Virus record (IMG/VR): IMGVR_UViG_3300021387_001083
Location: 1-64,000 of that record
Source of the DNA: a virus
Lineage: Duplodnaviria > Caudoviricetes
Direction: 5' to 3' (one strand)
Length of the DNA stretch: 64,000 nucleotides
The notes beneath the pieces were generated by a model, which ran no database searches, was not told the DNA's origin, and was given only the letters and a program-made list of their open reading frames with translations. Position numbers and translations under genes: made by a program. The first letter of the stretch is position 1, and each line of letters opens with the position of its first letter. This document shows positions 16,551 through 26,414 of this stretch, piece after piece.

Positions 16551-17855
16551 ATGACTTACGGTGAAAACCAATTAAGACAATTTTATGTTGTCGATTCAAC
16601 TCACACGGCTACTCCTAAAGTAAGTGCAGCCGCAAACAAATTTTATGTAAAATATATTGACGCCAAGCGTTATGGTGACAATTCTGCTGGTACTGAGTTT
16701 GTCACTGACAAGATTGACAAAGGTTGCATAAGAGATATCCGTATCTCGAAACCTAAAGGCCTTGTTCTGAAGACCTGGAAAGTTGTTCTTGACAGTAATG
16801 TTAACAGCGGTGCACCTGTTGTCGGTGAGGATTACATTATCAATTTTGATTTTAGAAATGTTTTCGGCTTTGGTGAGAACGATAGATATTATAAGAACGC
16901 TGTTGTTCATGTTACCAGTGCAACCAATACTGCTGAGAAGTTTTATGAGGCTATGGCTGCCAATATCAACAAACAGTTTAAGACCGAGGCTTGGAAACCT
17001 ATCAAGGCTTACAGCGATGCAAATGCTGAGGGTGCTGTCGGTGGTATCAGCCTTGCCAGTGTGTTGGATAACAATGTCAAGAGTGTAAGCGTGACAACTG
17101 CTTCTGATTCTACGGAATCTGTTACTGCAAGTCTTAACACAACTACTGGTGTACTGAGCGTTGCAATAAAGTATGCTTCTGGTAGTACTGCTTCTACTTT
17201 GAACACCACTTTTGCCGCTGCAAATATTACAAACCTTTCTGGTAAGAAACTTGGTGACTATGTTACTGTTACCAATGTTGGTACAAAATCAGCTGTGTCA
17301 ACTGCAGTTGCTCTTGGTAACGTTCTTACCATTGTTGAGGAAGCTCCTGTTATTGACGTTGTCAGAGGTTATTATGGTCTTGGCCTTGACATGACTGTCA
17401 GTTTTGATCCTATCACTGTCAGTGGCGAAGAGACTGATTGGGTTGAAGGACTTACTGAACGTGCAGATGGTCTTATCAAATATCTTGATCCGGATCCTGA
17501 TTTAAGTACGGCACTTCCGAATGGTCATATTGTTGCCGATATGGAATATTTCTTCTCGAAAGGTCGTGCTGATGTTTATGGATTCATGGGTTATCCTGAT
17601 ATCAATCCTTCGGAGATGATTGCCAACAAGAACAGTGACTATTATATTTTGGATATCAAGTATTATTTCCAGGATAAGGGTATGCTTAATCAGAATTCTG
17701 AGAAAGAGCTTACTTTTGCTTGCACAAGTCTCGATACTTTGAAGAACATTATATACGACAGTACTACTGCAGCCAATCGTATCGTTGCCAATGCCAATGG
17801 CACGAGTGTCTCTGGTTCTGCAAACGATACTGTGATTTACAATGTAACTTTCTAA
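16551..17855 (+). CDS. crAss-like abundant virion protein (auxiliary capsid/structural), with an Ala/Thr/Ser-rich insertion
   Basis: 434 aa. The N-terminus MTYGENQLRQFYV and C-terminal GHIVADMEYFFSKGRADVY...YYILDIKYY resemble the conserved crAss structural protein. It has its own terminator. Confidence 0.6.
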   Translation: MTYGENQLRQFYVVDSTHTATPKVSAAANKFYVKYIDAKRYGDNSAGTEFVTDKIDKGCIRDIRISKPKGLVLKTWKVVLDSNVNSGAPVVGEDYIINFDFRNVFGFGENDRYYKNAVVHVTSATNTAEKFYEAMAANINKQFKTEAWKPIKAYSDANAEGAVGGISLASVLDNNVKSVSVTTASDSTESVTASLNTTTGVLSVAIKYASGSTASTLNTTFAAANITNLSGKKLGDYVTVTNVGTKSAVSTAVALGNVLTIVEEAPVIDVVRGYYGLGLDMTVSFDPITVSGEETDWVEGLTERADGLIKYLDPDPDLSTALPNGHIVADMEYFFSKGRADVYGFMGYPDINPSEMIANKNSDYYILDIKYYFQDKGMLNQNSEKELTFACTSLDTLKNIIYDSTTAANRIVANANGTSVSGSANDTVIYNVTF

Positions 17856-17874
17856 ATTGATGTTGTTATATTCT

Positions 17875-17906
17875 AGGGAAATGGGGAAACCTGTTTCCCT
17901 TTTTTT
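17875..17906 (+). terminator. Rho-independent terminator
   Basis: AGGGAAA/GGGAAAC...GTTTCCCT followed by a T7 run. Confidence 0.65.
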
Positions 17907-17931
17907 GTTATACATAAATTAGTTTTTAGTT

Positions 17932-17961
17932 TTTGTAATTCACAAAAAATTAGTATATTTG
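17932..17961 (+). promoter_or_regulatory. Bacteroidota-type promoter for the tail operon
   Basis: TTTG at 17932-17935 and TATATTTG at 17954-17961, upstream of ATG 17981. Confidence 0.6.
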
Positions 17962-17980
17962 CATTTTAAAATTTACAATT

Positions 17981-18715
17981 ATGACTTTTAGAGAATTGGT
18001 ATATATCATTACTGATTTAAGCAAGACGATCAGTGACGATTCAAATTTCAATCAAGACCACATATTGTTTCTTGCATGTAAATATAGGAATTATATAATT
18101 AATTCACAGTATCTTAATTTAAAGAAGACAATACCTGCATCTAATTATCAGACTATTTGTATAGATGTTGTTCCAACTGATGACGACATCTGTGGTGTTG
18201 ATAACGCATTAAAGAGTGTCGAGCCAATCCCTAATATTTTACCGTTAGGTACCATTACCGTGAGTCCTTCTGCTGGATTTCAATACGGTAAATTTTCCTA
18301 TGTACCTTATCAAAGATATAAATATACTGGAAATTCACGTTTTACAAACAAAACTCAATATGTCACAATAGGCCCAGACAACTATCTATACATAAAATCC
18401 AATAGCCATGACATTGCATTTATTGACAAAGTTTGTATTACTGGTATTTTTGACGATATTCTTGATGTTGCAAAAACCGGTGAATGTATGGACTGTGATT
18501 ATCTTGATACAAAATTCCCATTAGAGGATGCTTTTGTTAACAGTCTTATACAATTGGTTGTAAATGATATAACTGGTGGTGCTTGGAGACTTAGGGATAC
18601 TGATAACGATGCTTATGACAGTACAGATCAATTAGCTCAGGCAATAACACGTTATACCACAAATAGTTTTAAAAATATGATTAGGCCTAATGCAAATAAC
18701 AATAGAGAACAATGA
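17981..18715 (+). CDS. crAss-like tail ring protein
   Basis: 244 aa (MTFRELVYII.DL.K.ISDDS.F..DHILF...YQTICID...FPLEDAFVNSLIQLV). Confidence 0.6.
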   Translation: MTFRELVYIITDLSKTISDDSNFNQDHILFLACKYRNYIINSQYLNLKKTIPASNYQTICIDVVPTDDDICGVDNALKSVEPIPNILPLGTITVSPSAGFQYGKFSYVPYQRYKYTGNSRFTNKTQYVTIGPDNYLYIKSNSHDIAFIDKVCITGIFDDILDVAKTGECMDCDYLDTKFPLEDAFVNSLIQLVVNDITGGAWRLRDTDNDAYDSTDQLAQAITRYTTNSFKNMIRPNANNNREQ

Positions 18716-19208
18716 AACATTTTTTGAATTCTTAAGCAAAATTCATAGCAGACCCAGAAATGGCAAAGGGTATTCAGTATTTTCAAGGGAGATTATAAGA
18801 AAGATTCAAAAAAAAGACAAATATTTCAGGAAAGTTAAAGATAATGTGTTCTCAAAAGTAATACGCAGAATAAATGAATTATATTCCGATAAGCTTTTTA
18901 TGGAAGGCACTCTTACGTTTCCTTATAATATGGGTCATCTTACAATATTTTATTTTAAGGATTTCAATCCCAGTAAGACAAAGATAAATTTTCCGAAAAC
19001 TTTGCGTTATTGGTATGAAAACAAACAAGCTATGAAAGATAACATTACGGTAAAACTTATGAATTCCGAATGTTTTAAAATAATGTATAACAGTGGTGGT
19101 AATACTTTTCATAACAGACAGTATTATATGTTTGCTATAAGCAACACGCTTAAGAAAAAATTACATTCAAGAATAAAAAGAAAGGATTTTATATATTATG
19201 AACCATAG
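18690..19208 (+). CDS. HU/IHF-like DNA-binding protein of crAss-like phages
   Basis: Basic 172-aa protein with LTFPYNMGHLTI and INFPKTLRYWYEN. It lies just before the tail tube gene, as in the crAss conserved block. Confidence 0.55.
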   Translation: MQITIENNETFFEFLSKIHSRPRNGKGYSVFSREIIRKIQKKDKYFRKVKDNVFSKVIRRINELYSDKLFMEGTLTFPYNMGHLTIFYFKDFNPSKTKINFPKTLRYWYENKQAMKDNITVKLMNSECFKIMYNSGGNTFHNRQYYMFAISNTLKKKLHSRIKRKDFIYYEP

Positions 19209-19896
19209 ATTTATATCTTTTAAGGAAGTTATGGACCGCATTATGGCCAGTCAGTTTAATTACAATATGACTGAAGATTTGGCTATGAACTATGCTGTAG
19301 AATTTATGGGCATTATGGGTTGTCCTGTTGTATTTGAAGACAAACAATCCGTTATCGAAATAAACAAATGGCGTGGTGAACTTCCTTGCGATTTTTATGA
19401 GATGAATCAAGTCAAAATAATCAACGACAAGGCCGAAAATAAGCCTTCTGACGTGTTTGTTTATGACTTGAGTACATTTGGTCCTACCGACTCAAAAAGA
19501 CACTCTGTAAAGACGTATAAACTGCAAAACGGATTTATATACACCAGTATTGAAAAAGGCAATATTTTGATTTCATACCAAGCCTATAAAACTGACGAAG
19601 ACGGTTATCCTATGATAATTGACAATCCTGCTTTCATAAGGTCGTTGGTTGATTATGTGGAATATCAAAATGCATATGAACAATTTAAATTAGGCAGGAT
19701 ACCTGGCCAGGTGTATGGTGAAATAAAAGACACATATGAAAAACATGCTTTGCAGGCACATAATGCATTACTTACACCGAGTACTGATCAGATTGAAAGT
19801 ATTGCAAGAATGCTTAACAGCTTACTTACGCCTCAGTCCGATCATAAAAACGGATTTAAAAATCTTGTAAAACAATCAACATTAAGATTACATTAA
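19198..19896 (+). CDS. Tail tubular/ring protein (P22 gp4-like in crAss-like phages)
   Basis: 232 aa (IEINKWRGELPCDFY...YKLQNGFIYTSIEKG.I.ISYQA..TDEDGYPMIIDN). Confidence 0.7.
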   Translation: MNHRFISFKEVMDRIMASQFNYNMTEDLAMNYAVEFMGIMGCPVVFEDKQSVIEINKWRGELPCDFYEMNQVKIINDKAENKPSDVFVYDLSTFGPTDSKRHSVKTYKLQNGFIYTSIEKGNILISYQAYKTDEDGYPMIIDNPAFIRSLVDYVEYQNAYEQFKLGRIPGQVYGEIKDTYEKHALQAHNALLTPSTDQIESIARMLNSLLTPQSDHKNGFKNLVKQSTLRLH

Positions 19897-19897
19897 T

Positions 19898-22800
19898 ATG
19901 GCTGCAGAAAAACAACTCATACGTCCTGTCGGTATGAGACAGGATAATCTTATAGGTACTGGTAATTCCAGTAAATATGCTCATGAAATAAAGAACCTCA
20001 GATTTACTGCAGATAAAGATTTCACTACTGCTGTGTGGACTACTGAACAAGGTACATTACAACATAACGTTATTTGGGAAGATACAACTTATGCTGATTA
20101 TCATGAACTTGATGAAGATTTTACCTCGGATACTCATTCTGTTGTAATGCTTGGCACATCTGTAATAAACGATGTTATGGTTTGTTTTTGCAAGCTTAGG
20201 AATGATGATTATATTTTTGACGTATGGTTTGAAGGAGATGTTTTAAAAGGCAAAGTTTTATATAAAGGAAATCTTAATTTTGATGTAAATCATCCATTTG
20301 AGACAATACCTTATTATGAAAATGAACTTGTTCAAAAAGTATATTGGATTGACAATTACAATCAACCAAGAATGATAAATATTGTCGGTAATATAATCAA
20401 TGGAAACAATACACAATTTGATTTTGTAAGAACAGTATCTCTCAACGAAAAAGTCTCTATAGAAAAAGTAAAAGGTTTAAACGGACAATTTCCTCCGAGT
20501 ACTGTAAAATACGCAATAACTTATTATAACAAATATGGTCAGGAAAGCAATATCGTATGGTCTTCAACGTTATTGTACCCGACTATAGACAATAGAGGTC
20601 TTAAAGACAACGAACTTTCTGGAGATTGTTTTAAAATAACTGTCTCGCAATGTGATACACAGAACGGTTTTGATCATATAAGATTATATTCAATATTACG
20701 CACATCTGACAATGCTACACCTGTTGTAAGGATTGTCGAAGACAAACCTATCAGTCCTATTGTTACGTTTATTGACGGTAATATTTCAGGTGAAATTATA
20801 GATCCTACCATTTTGCTTTACGTTGGTGGCAAAGAATTTACAGCTGACACTTTTGAACAAAAAGACAACACTTTGTTTTTTGGTAATCTTACATTAAAAA
20901 CCAAAAGCATTGCTGAGTTTGAAAAGAAATATAACCTTACAGATATTGATTGGGGCATAGGCTTAAGTCCTATTGGACATATAGTCCCAGGATTTGTCAA
21001 CGATTCATCATATAAAGATTCTAAATATATAGAATTTTCTACAAAAGATAAAAATGAATTTTATAGTTGGAAAAACCAATTGGACAATACACAGAGTCCT
21101 AAAATATTTAAATCCGGGGAAACGTATAGATTTGGTATTCAGTTTCAAGATAATAAAGGTAATTGGTCTGATGTAAAATATCTTGGTGACTATACGAATA
21201 ATACTAAACCTGTATACTCTTCTTTTGGTGAAAATTTTGGTGTTTTTCGTTATATTCTACCAGATGATATTGCAATGAAGCTTATACGTGAAGGCTATAT
21301 TAAAAGCAGACTTGTGTGCTGTTTTCCGGATAATTCTGACAGAACAATATTGGCACAAGGTGTACTTTGTCCTACAATCTATAACGAACAATACAGAAAT
21401 GTTCATTCTCCTGATTATATGTCTTCTTGGTTTTTTAGGCCTTATAAAAATACAACTGAAGATGTAGGTGTAGAAGATTTTGAATTTCAGTCTGACAATC
21501 AAGACGATGAATATAACTTTCAAATTGCACGAGAAGTTGCAACATTTCATTCACCTGATATAGAATTTGATGAATCGTTAAGAACACTTGATTGGAGTAA
21601 CATTAAAGTAAGAATTGTAGGTTATTGTAAACAAACTAGTTATGCTACAAAACTTTTCCTTGATTATGAAAAGCAAGCCGAAGATTATCTTGGGAATAAA
21701 GGTGACGGTTTTATTGATAAATCCACGGTAAAGAGATTTTATGATTTTGATCCTAATTCTCCTCCACCAAATAGATTTTCATGGAATCCAAAGCCTAACA
21801 ATTATGGCTATTGGAATGACATCGATGTTTATAATTCTAACTATGTGCAGAGATCTTTTAACAATAATAAAAATTTTCAAGAATTTGCCATTACATATAA
21901 TTATGATATTTATCCTTTTCAAAGGAAATATCTGAACAATTATATGGGAGATCTTAAAATTGATATAAATGTCAGAGGTAGTGACATAGAAAGTAACATT
22001 ACCGAATCTTCTATCATAAAATCAAAAGTGTGGAGTACACTTAGATTTTCAGATAATACTGTATATAATGATTCAAATTATGATAACATAGCCAGAACTT
22101 TAAAACTTTTTGATTCCCAAGAAAACATACCTATAAAGCTTGAAGATAAAATATATTTCGGCAATGTAGATTTGCTTACACCAATATCTTCTGTGGATTA
22201 TAAAAGTTCAGATAAAAATTATATCAAAAATCATGTATGTCCTATATTTGAATATCAAGGTTTGAATCCTACAGGTACAGGTGCACCTGACAATGTTCAT
22301 GATGCTACAAGTGCGGTACAGAAAAATAAAATAATACTTAATTATTTTACAGGTGCTTATCGTATAAACAATCAAGGCAAATATGGTGATTGGAAATATA
22401 GAACTATAGATGAAATTAAAGGTGCTTATATAGGTGTTTCTAACGATCCGATAAGGGTTACATATAAATCAACACCACATTGTGTCTTGTTGTTGAATAC
22501 GCAGCTTACAAACATACCAAGTGAACCACATAGCGTATTGCTTGCAGAGCTTTATAGGGATAACGTTCAGCAAAGATTTGGCGGCAATACCAAAACTGCA
22601 CTGCTCAACAATAATTACATTCCTTGTAGCATTACATATAATCTTAAAGATTTCGGGCAAAACGGACTTACAATGTATCATACAGAGGGTGATACTTATT
22701 ATATGCGTTATGATTGTTTGAAAACATATCCCAGATCTACTGAAGATATAAACCAAATTGTCGATATCTTTTCATTCATGTGTGAAACCAGAATCAATCT

Positions 22801-24085
22801 TGATGGCCGTTGCGACATTAATAGAGCTTTGACAGACAATACTATAGTGAATAATGCCAATTTTAATGTCATAAATAAAATATACACACAATCCGACAAT
22901 TTCTTTATAGGCAAAGTTATTGATCCTGATATTGCAACGATAGATACATTTTCAAACCAACTTACGTGGACAAAGACAAAGATCACAGGAGAAGACATTG
23001 ATACATGGACAAATGTCACATTGGCAAATGTTGCTGACTCTGATGGCATTTTTGGTGCTATAACGAAGTTGACGTCTTTTAAGAATCAATTGTTGATGTT
23101 CCAAGAACATGCGTTAAGCTTTGTAGGTTTCAATGAAAAATTAATACTTACACAAGATAATGGAACACCATTGGAACTTGCATATTCTAATAAGTTTACA
23201 GGAATATCATATCTTACAAAAACTGTCGGTTGCCAAAACAAATGGTCAGTATGCAATACGAGAAACGGTATTTTCTTCATTGATGATACAAGACATGAAA
23301 TAAATCTATATGGTGAATCCTTAAGACCTATATCCACAGAAGCAGGTCTTAGCACGTTTATGTTTAATTCTCTTAAAAATGCTGAAAAAGTATGGACTCC
23401 CAACACATTCGGCAATTTTAAAACTTATTATGACAAGCAAAGCAAAGACGTGTATTTTATAAATAAAGACACATGTCTTGCTTGGAATGAATTGTTAGGC
23501 TCGTTTACATCTTTTTATGATTATAATGGTGTTATAAGTCTTGAATCAATCGACAAGCGTAGTGTTGTGTTTAAAGGATCGTTTTACACATTACGTGAAG
23601 GCAATACATATTCAACATTCTTTAATGAGAACAAACCATATTGGATCACTTTGGCAAGTGACGGAGAAAATAATTCTATTCTTGATAAGATATTTAACAA
23701 TATAGAATTTAATGGTGATTTGTATAATGCTACCGGTCCAGCAAAAGATAATTCTAACAATGCAGCGATAAATACGCATTTGTTTAACAAAATATCTGTT
23801 TGGAACGGATATCAGTTTTACAATGAATTTTATATTGATGGCACTTCTGTAAATAATTATTATCCTTGGAAAGCTGAACGTAAATTCAATACGTGGAGAG
23901 TTATTATTCCAAGAGCTTCGTATAAAGATTCTTATGACAATATATATGTAAGTCGTGATAGAATCAGAAGTCCATTTTGTTATATAAAATTGTTAAATGA
24001 TAATATTGACGATTCCATTCCTAATGGTGTTGCTTTGAACAGAGCTGTATTTCATGATTTTGTAGTCAGTTATGACATAAAATAA
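19898..24085 (+). CDS. Tail stabilisation/muzzle protein (P22 gp10-like, beta-propeller)
   Basis: 1395 aa. crAss-typical motifs include FETIPYYENELVQKVYWID, YAITYYNKYGQESNI, GDTYYMRYDCLKTYP, ETRINLDGR.D, FQEHAL, GCQNKWS and RKFNTWRV.IPR...RDRIRSPF. Confidence 0.8.
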   Translation: MAAEKQLIRPVGMRQDNLIGTGNSSKYAHEIKNLRFTADKDFTTAVWTTEQGTLQHNVIWEDTTYADYHELDEDFTSDTHSVVMLGTSVINDVMVCFCKLRNDDYIFDVWFEGDVLKGKVLYKGNLNFDVNHPFETIPYYENELVQKVYWIDNYNQPRMINIVGNIINGNNTQFDFVRTVSLNEKVSIEKVKGLNGQFPPSTVKYAITYYNKYGQESNIVWSSTLLYPTIDNRGLKDNELSGDCFKITVSQCDTQNGFDHIRLYSILRTSDNATPVVRIVEDKPISPIVTFIDGNISGEIIDPTILLYVGGKEFTADTFEQKDNTLFFGNLTLKTKSIAEFEKKYNLTDIDWGIGLSPIGHIVPGFVNDSSYKDSKYIEFSTKDKNEFYSWKNQLDNTQSPKIFKSGETYRFGIQFQDNKGNWSDVKYLGDYTNNTKPVYSSFGENFGVFRYILPDDIAMKLIREGYIKSRLVCCFPDNSDRTILAQGVLCPTIYNEQYRNVHSPDYMSSWFFRPYKNTTEDVGVEDFEFQSDNQDDEYNFQIAREVATFHSPDIEFDESLRTLDWSNIKVRIVGYCKQTSYATKLFLDYEKQAEDYLGNKGDGFIDKSTVKRFYDFDPNSPPPNRFSWNPKPNNYGYWNDIDVYNSNYVQRSFNNNKNFQEFAITYNYDIYPFQRKYLNNYMGDLKIDINVRGSDIESNITESSIIKSKVWSTLRFSDNTVYNDSNYDNIARTLKLFDSQENIPIKLEDKIYFGNVDLLTPISSVDYKSSDKNYIKNHVCPIFEYQGLNPTGTGAPDNVHDATSAVQKNKIILNYFTGAYRINNQGKYGDWKYRTIDEIKGAYIGVSNDPIRVTYKSTPHCVLLLNTQLTNIPSEPHSVLLAELYRDNVQQRFGGNTKTALLNNNYIPCSITYNLKDFGQNGLTMYHTEGDTYYMRYDCLKTYPRSTEDINQIVDIFSFMCETRINLDGRCDINRALTDNTIVNNANFNVINKIYTQSDNFFIGKVIDPDIATIDTFSNQLTWTKTKITGEDIDTWTNVTLANVADSDGIFGAITKLTSFKNQLLMFQEHALSFVGFNEKLILTQDNGTPLELAYSNKFTGISYLTKTVGCQNKWSVCNTRNGIFFIDDTRHEINLYGESLRPISTEAGLSTFMFNSLKNAEKVWTPNTFGNFKTYYDKQSKDVYFINKDTCLAWNELLGSFTSFYDYNGVISLESIDKRSVVFKGSFYTLREGNTYSTFFNENKPYWITLASDGENNSILDKIFNNIEFNGDLYNATGPAKDNSNNAAINTHLFNKISVWNGYQFYNEFYIDGTSVNNYYPWKAERKFNTWRVIIPRASYKDSYDNIYVSRDRIRSPFCYIKLLNDNIDDSIPNGVALNRAVFHDFVVSYDIK

Positions 24086-24090
24086 ATGTT

Positions 24091-24130
24091 AATTGGGATA
24101 GTAAAAGTATTTATTATCCCAATTATTTTT
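24091..24130 (+). terminator. Long hairpin / probable terminator after the muzzle gene
   Basis: AATTGGGATAGTAAA-agta-TTTATTATCCCAATT followed by an AT/T-run. Confidence 0.6.
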
Positions 24131-24138
24131 ATATAAAA

Positions 24139-24170
24139 TTTGCAAGAATGAAATTTTTTTTGTATCTTTG
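24139..24170 (+). promoter_or_regulatory. Bacteroidota-type promoter for the cargo operon
   Basis: TTTG at 24139-24142, a 20-nt spacer, then TATCTTTG at 24163-24170. ATG is at 24186. Confidence 0.75.
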
Positions 24171-24185
24171 TAAAAAATAAATTTT

Positions 24186-26414
24186 ATGGCTTTAGAAGAC
24201 TTTTATAAAAAATATAATAAGGACCTGTCAAAACCAACAAAATTTGGTTGGCAACTAGGTCAACAAGCAGCTTCTGGTTTTGGTGATCTCATTGACCAGC
24301 AATATGCAGAAACGCTTGACAATCAAGCTATAGCTAATGCTAATACAGATTATTCAATTGGTGCATTGTTTTCAAACAAAAATGCTTTAAACAACTCTTT
24401 GCAGAGTATTGACAACAATATACGTGATGTTTCTGATATAAATGATATTGCTACCTTATATGATGTTGCAAATCCAAACATGTATCAGCAAGGCGTGAAA
24501 GGTCCTAGTTCTTTACAGACTTTTGGAAATGTTTTGTCGTCTACTGCAGAAGGTTTTGCTGAAGGTATACAGACTGGGAACATTTATGTAGCAATAGCTG
24601 ATGCAGGATTACACTTAATAGGTGCTGGTTTAAGAGACGATCAAATAAAAAGAAACGTATATAAACAAAACGAACAGATAGCAAAAGCAAATGCTAGACA
24701 AACAGAATACATTAATGATCAAATGACAGACATATCAAGAACAAATACAAGAAACCAGTTAAGAAATGTTTTTGCACTTGGTGGTGATATGGAAGGCTCC
24801 AATGGTGTAAATTTCTTTAATACTGGTGGTTCTCATGAAACAAATCCTTTGGGGGGAATACCACAAGGTATCGCTGCTGATAACGTACCCAATCTCGTTG
24901 AAGAAGGTGAAGTTAAAGTTACATTTCCCGGTGTTGAAAACGATAACGAAATATTCAGCAACAAACTCAAAGCTTCAAAGACAGCTATAACAAATAATCA
25001 TCTTGATGAAAAATATATCGGTTGGTCTTGGGCTGACATTATCAAAGACCTTCAAAAGGAAATGGAGCCTAGAGGCACTTCGAATTTCATAAGTAACAAC
25101 AGCTTTTATGCTATGGCAGAAAGAGCTCGAGCTGGTCAAGCATATGACAGACAGATAAAAGAACAACATGAAATGGCAAAACTTGTAAATTCTTTATCTG
25201 ACGAAGAAAAAGCGGCACTGCTTCAAAATGCCACGCAACAGGAAATACCACAGGAAGAAATGTTTGAATCCGGTGGTAAAATTCATATAAAGAAATCCAA
25301 GCGTGGTACTTTTACTGCTGCTGCAAAAAAACACGGTAAAAGTGTTCAAGCTTTTGCCAGTCAAGTACTCGCAAATCCTGAGAATTATTCTCCAGCTATG
25401 AGGAAAAAGGCCCAATTTGCACGAAATTCTAGCCGTTGGCATAAAGGACAATATGGTTTGAATCTTGATGGTATTCCACCAAGATATCAAGGTCAATTTG
25501 AATTTGTTGACTTAGGTAATGGTGTAGGATATTATGATCCCATAGGTTCGGAAGCTTTAAGATTTCCGTCAGAACCATTGTTTAACACACCTTATGATAA
25601 CTATGAAAATTATACTCCTCTACTTGAACCTTCGATAGAACAAGAAGTTGAAGAAGAGCCTCTAGAGAGTTTAAGACCGTCTAAAAAAGATAACGATGAT
25701 GACGACAATGATGATAACATTATAGGTAATTATCTTCATGAATTACCCGTATATGCAAATACTGCACAAATGATTACTGATTCTCTTGGTCTTACAAACA
25801 GGCCTGACACTAGGTATGCAGATGCTGTTGGTAGAGCAAGAAGAAATATCAGATATTATTCTCCTGACATTACTATGTCTTATGAACAGTATCAGCCTAT
25901 AGATGTTAACTTGCCTGCAAATATGCAAATGGCACAAGCTGCTGAACTTCAAAGAGCAAATAGAGCAACTGCAAATAGGACATCACAGATGCAGAATGCT
26001 TTAGGTATATATAATACAACATCAAAACAATATGGTTTGACACAATTGCAAGCACAACAGGCAGCAGCTGCTGAAAGACGTGCTGTAAATCAAATTAACA
26101 ATACAATTAATGCTAAAAGAGATCAACTTATTGCAAATAATCAGCAACTTAATGCTGCAGTTGACCAGCAAAGAATGCAGAATGAAATTGCTGAAGCTAC
26201 AGCAAGAGATGCTTCTGAAACTGCAAGAGCTCAAACTATCAGTGCAAACAGAAAATATGCTTATGACAGTATTGGTGCTCTTGGTAAACAAAGAGGTTAT
26301 CAAGATGTTCTTTATCGACTTGGTTTGATCGATGTCTTCGGCAATATAAATCAAGATATGTTAGCAAATCTTCTTTATTATAATAAAACTAACAAAGGAA
26401 AGGAGAATGGATAA
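24186..26414 (+). CDS. Virion cargo/ejection protein
   Basis: 742 aa with crAss cargo motifs GGSHETNPLGGIPQG...NLVEEGEV and GGKIHIKKSKRGTFT...KKAQFARN, plus an Ala/Gln-rich helical C-terminus. Confidence 0.65.
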   Translation: MALEDFYKKYNKDLSKPTKFGWQLGQQAASGFGDLIDQQYAETLDNQAIANANTDYSIGALFSNKNALNNSLQSIDNNIRDVSDINDIATLYDVANPNMYQQGVKGPSSLQTFGNVLSSTAEGFAEGIQTGNIYVAIADAGLHLIGAGLRDDQIKRNVYKQNEQIAKANARQTEYINDQMTDISRTNTRNQLRNVFALGGDMEGSNGVNFFNTGGSHETNPLGGIPQGIAADNVPNLVEEGEVKVTFPGVENDNEIFSNKLKASKTAITNNHLDEKYIGWSWADIIKDLQKEMEPRGTSNFISNNSFYAMAERARAGQAYDRQIKEQHEMAKLVNSLSDEEKAALLQNATQQEIPQEEMFESGGKIHIKKSKRGTFTAAAKKHGKSVQAFASQVLANPENYSPAMRKKAQFARNSSRWHKGQYGLNLDGIPPRYQGQFEFVDLGNGVGYYDPIGSEALRFPSEPLFNTPYDNYENYTPLLEPSIEQEVEEEPLESLRPSKKDNDDDDNDDNIIGNYLHELPVYANTAQMITDSLGLTNRPDTRYADAVGRARRNIRYYSPDITMSYEQYQPIDVNLPANMQMAQAAELQRANRATANRTSQMQNALGIYNTTSKQYGLTQLQAQQAAAAERRAVNQINNTINAKRDQLIANNQQLNAAVDQQRMQNEIAEATARDASETARAQTISANRKYAYDSIGALGKQRGYQDVLYRLGLIDVFGNINQDMLANLLYYNKTNKGKENG

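Noticed and set aside
25688-25720. GAT/GAC/AAC-rich run (DNDDDDNDDN) and similar acidic runs at about 12270-12360 and 61290-61312
   Set aside because: These are in-frame low-complexity acidic linkers rather than phase-variable microsatellites.
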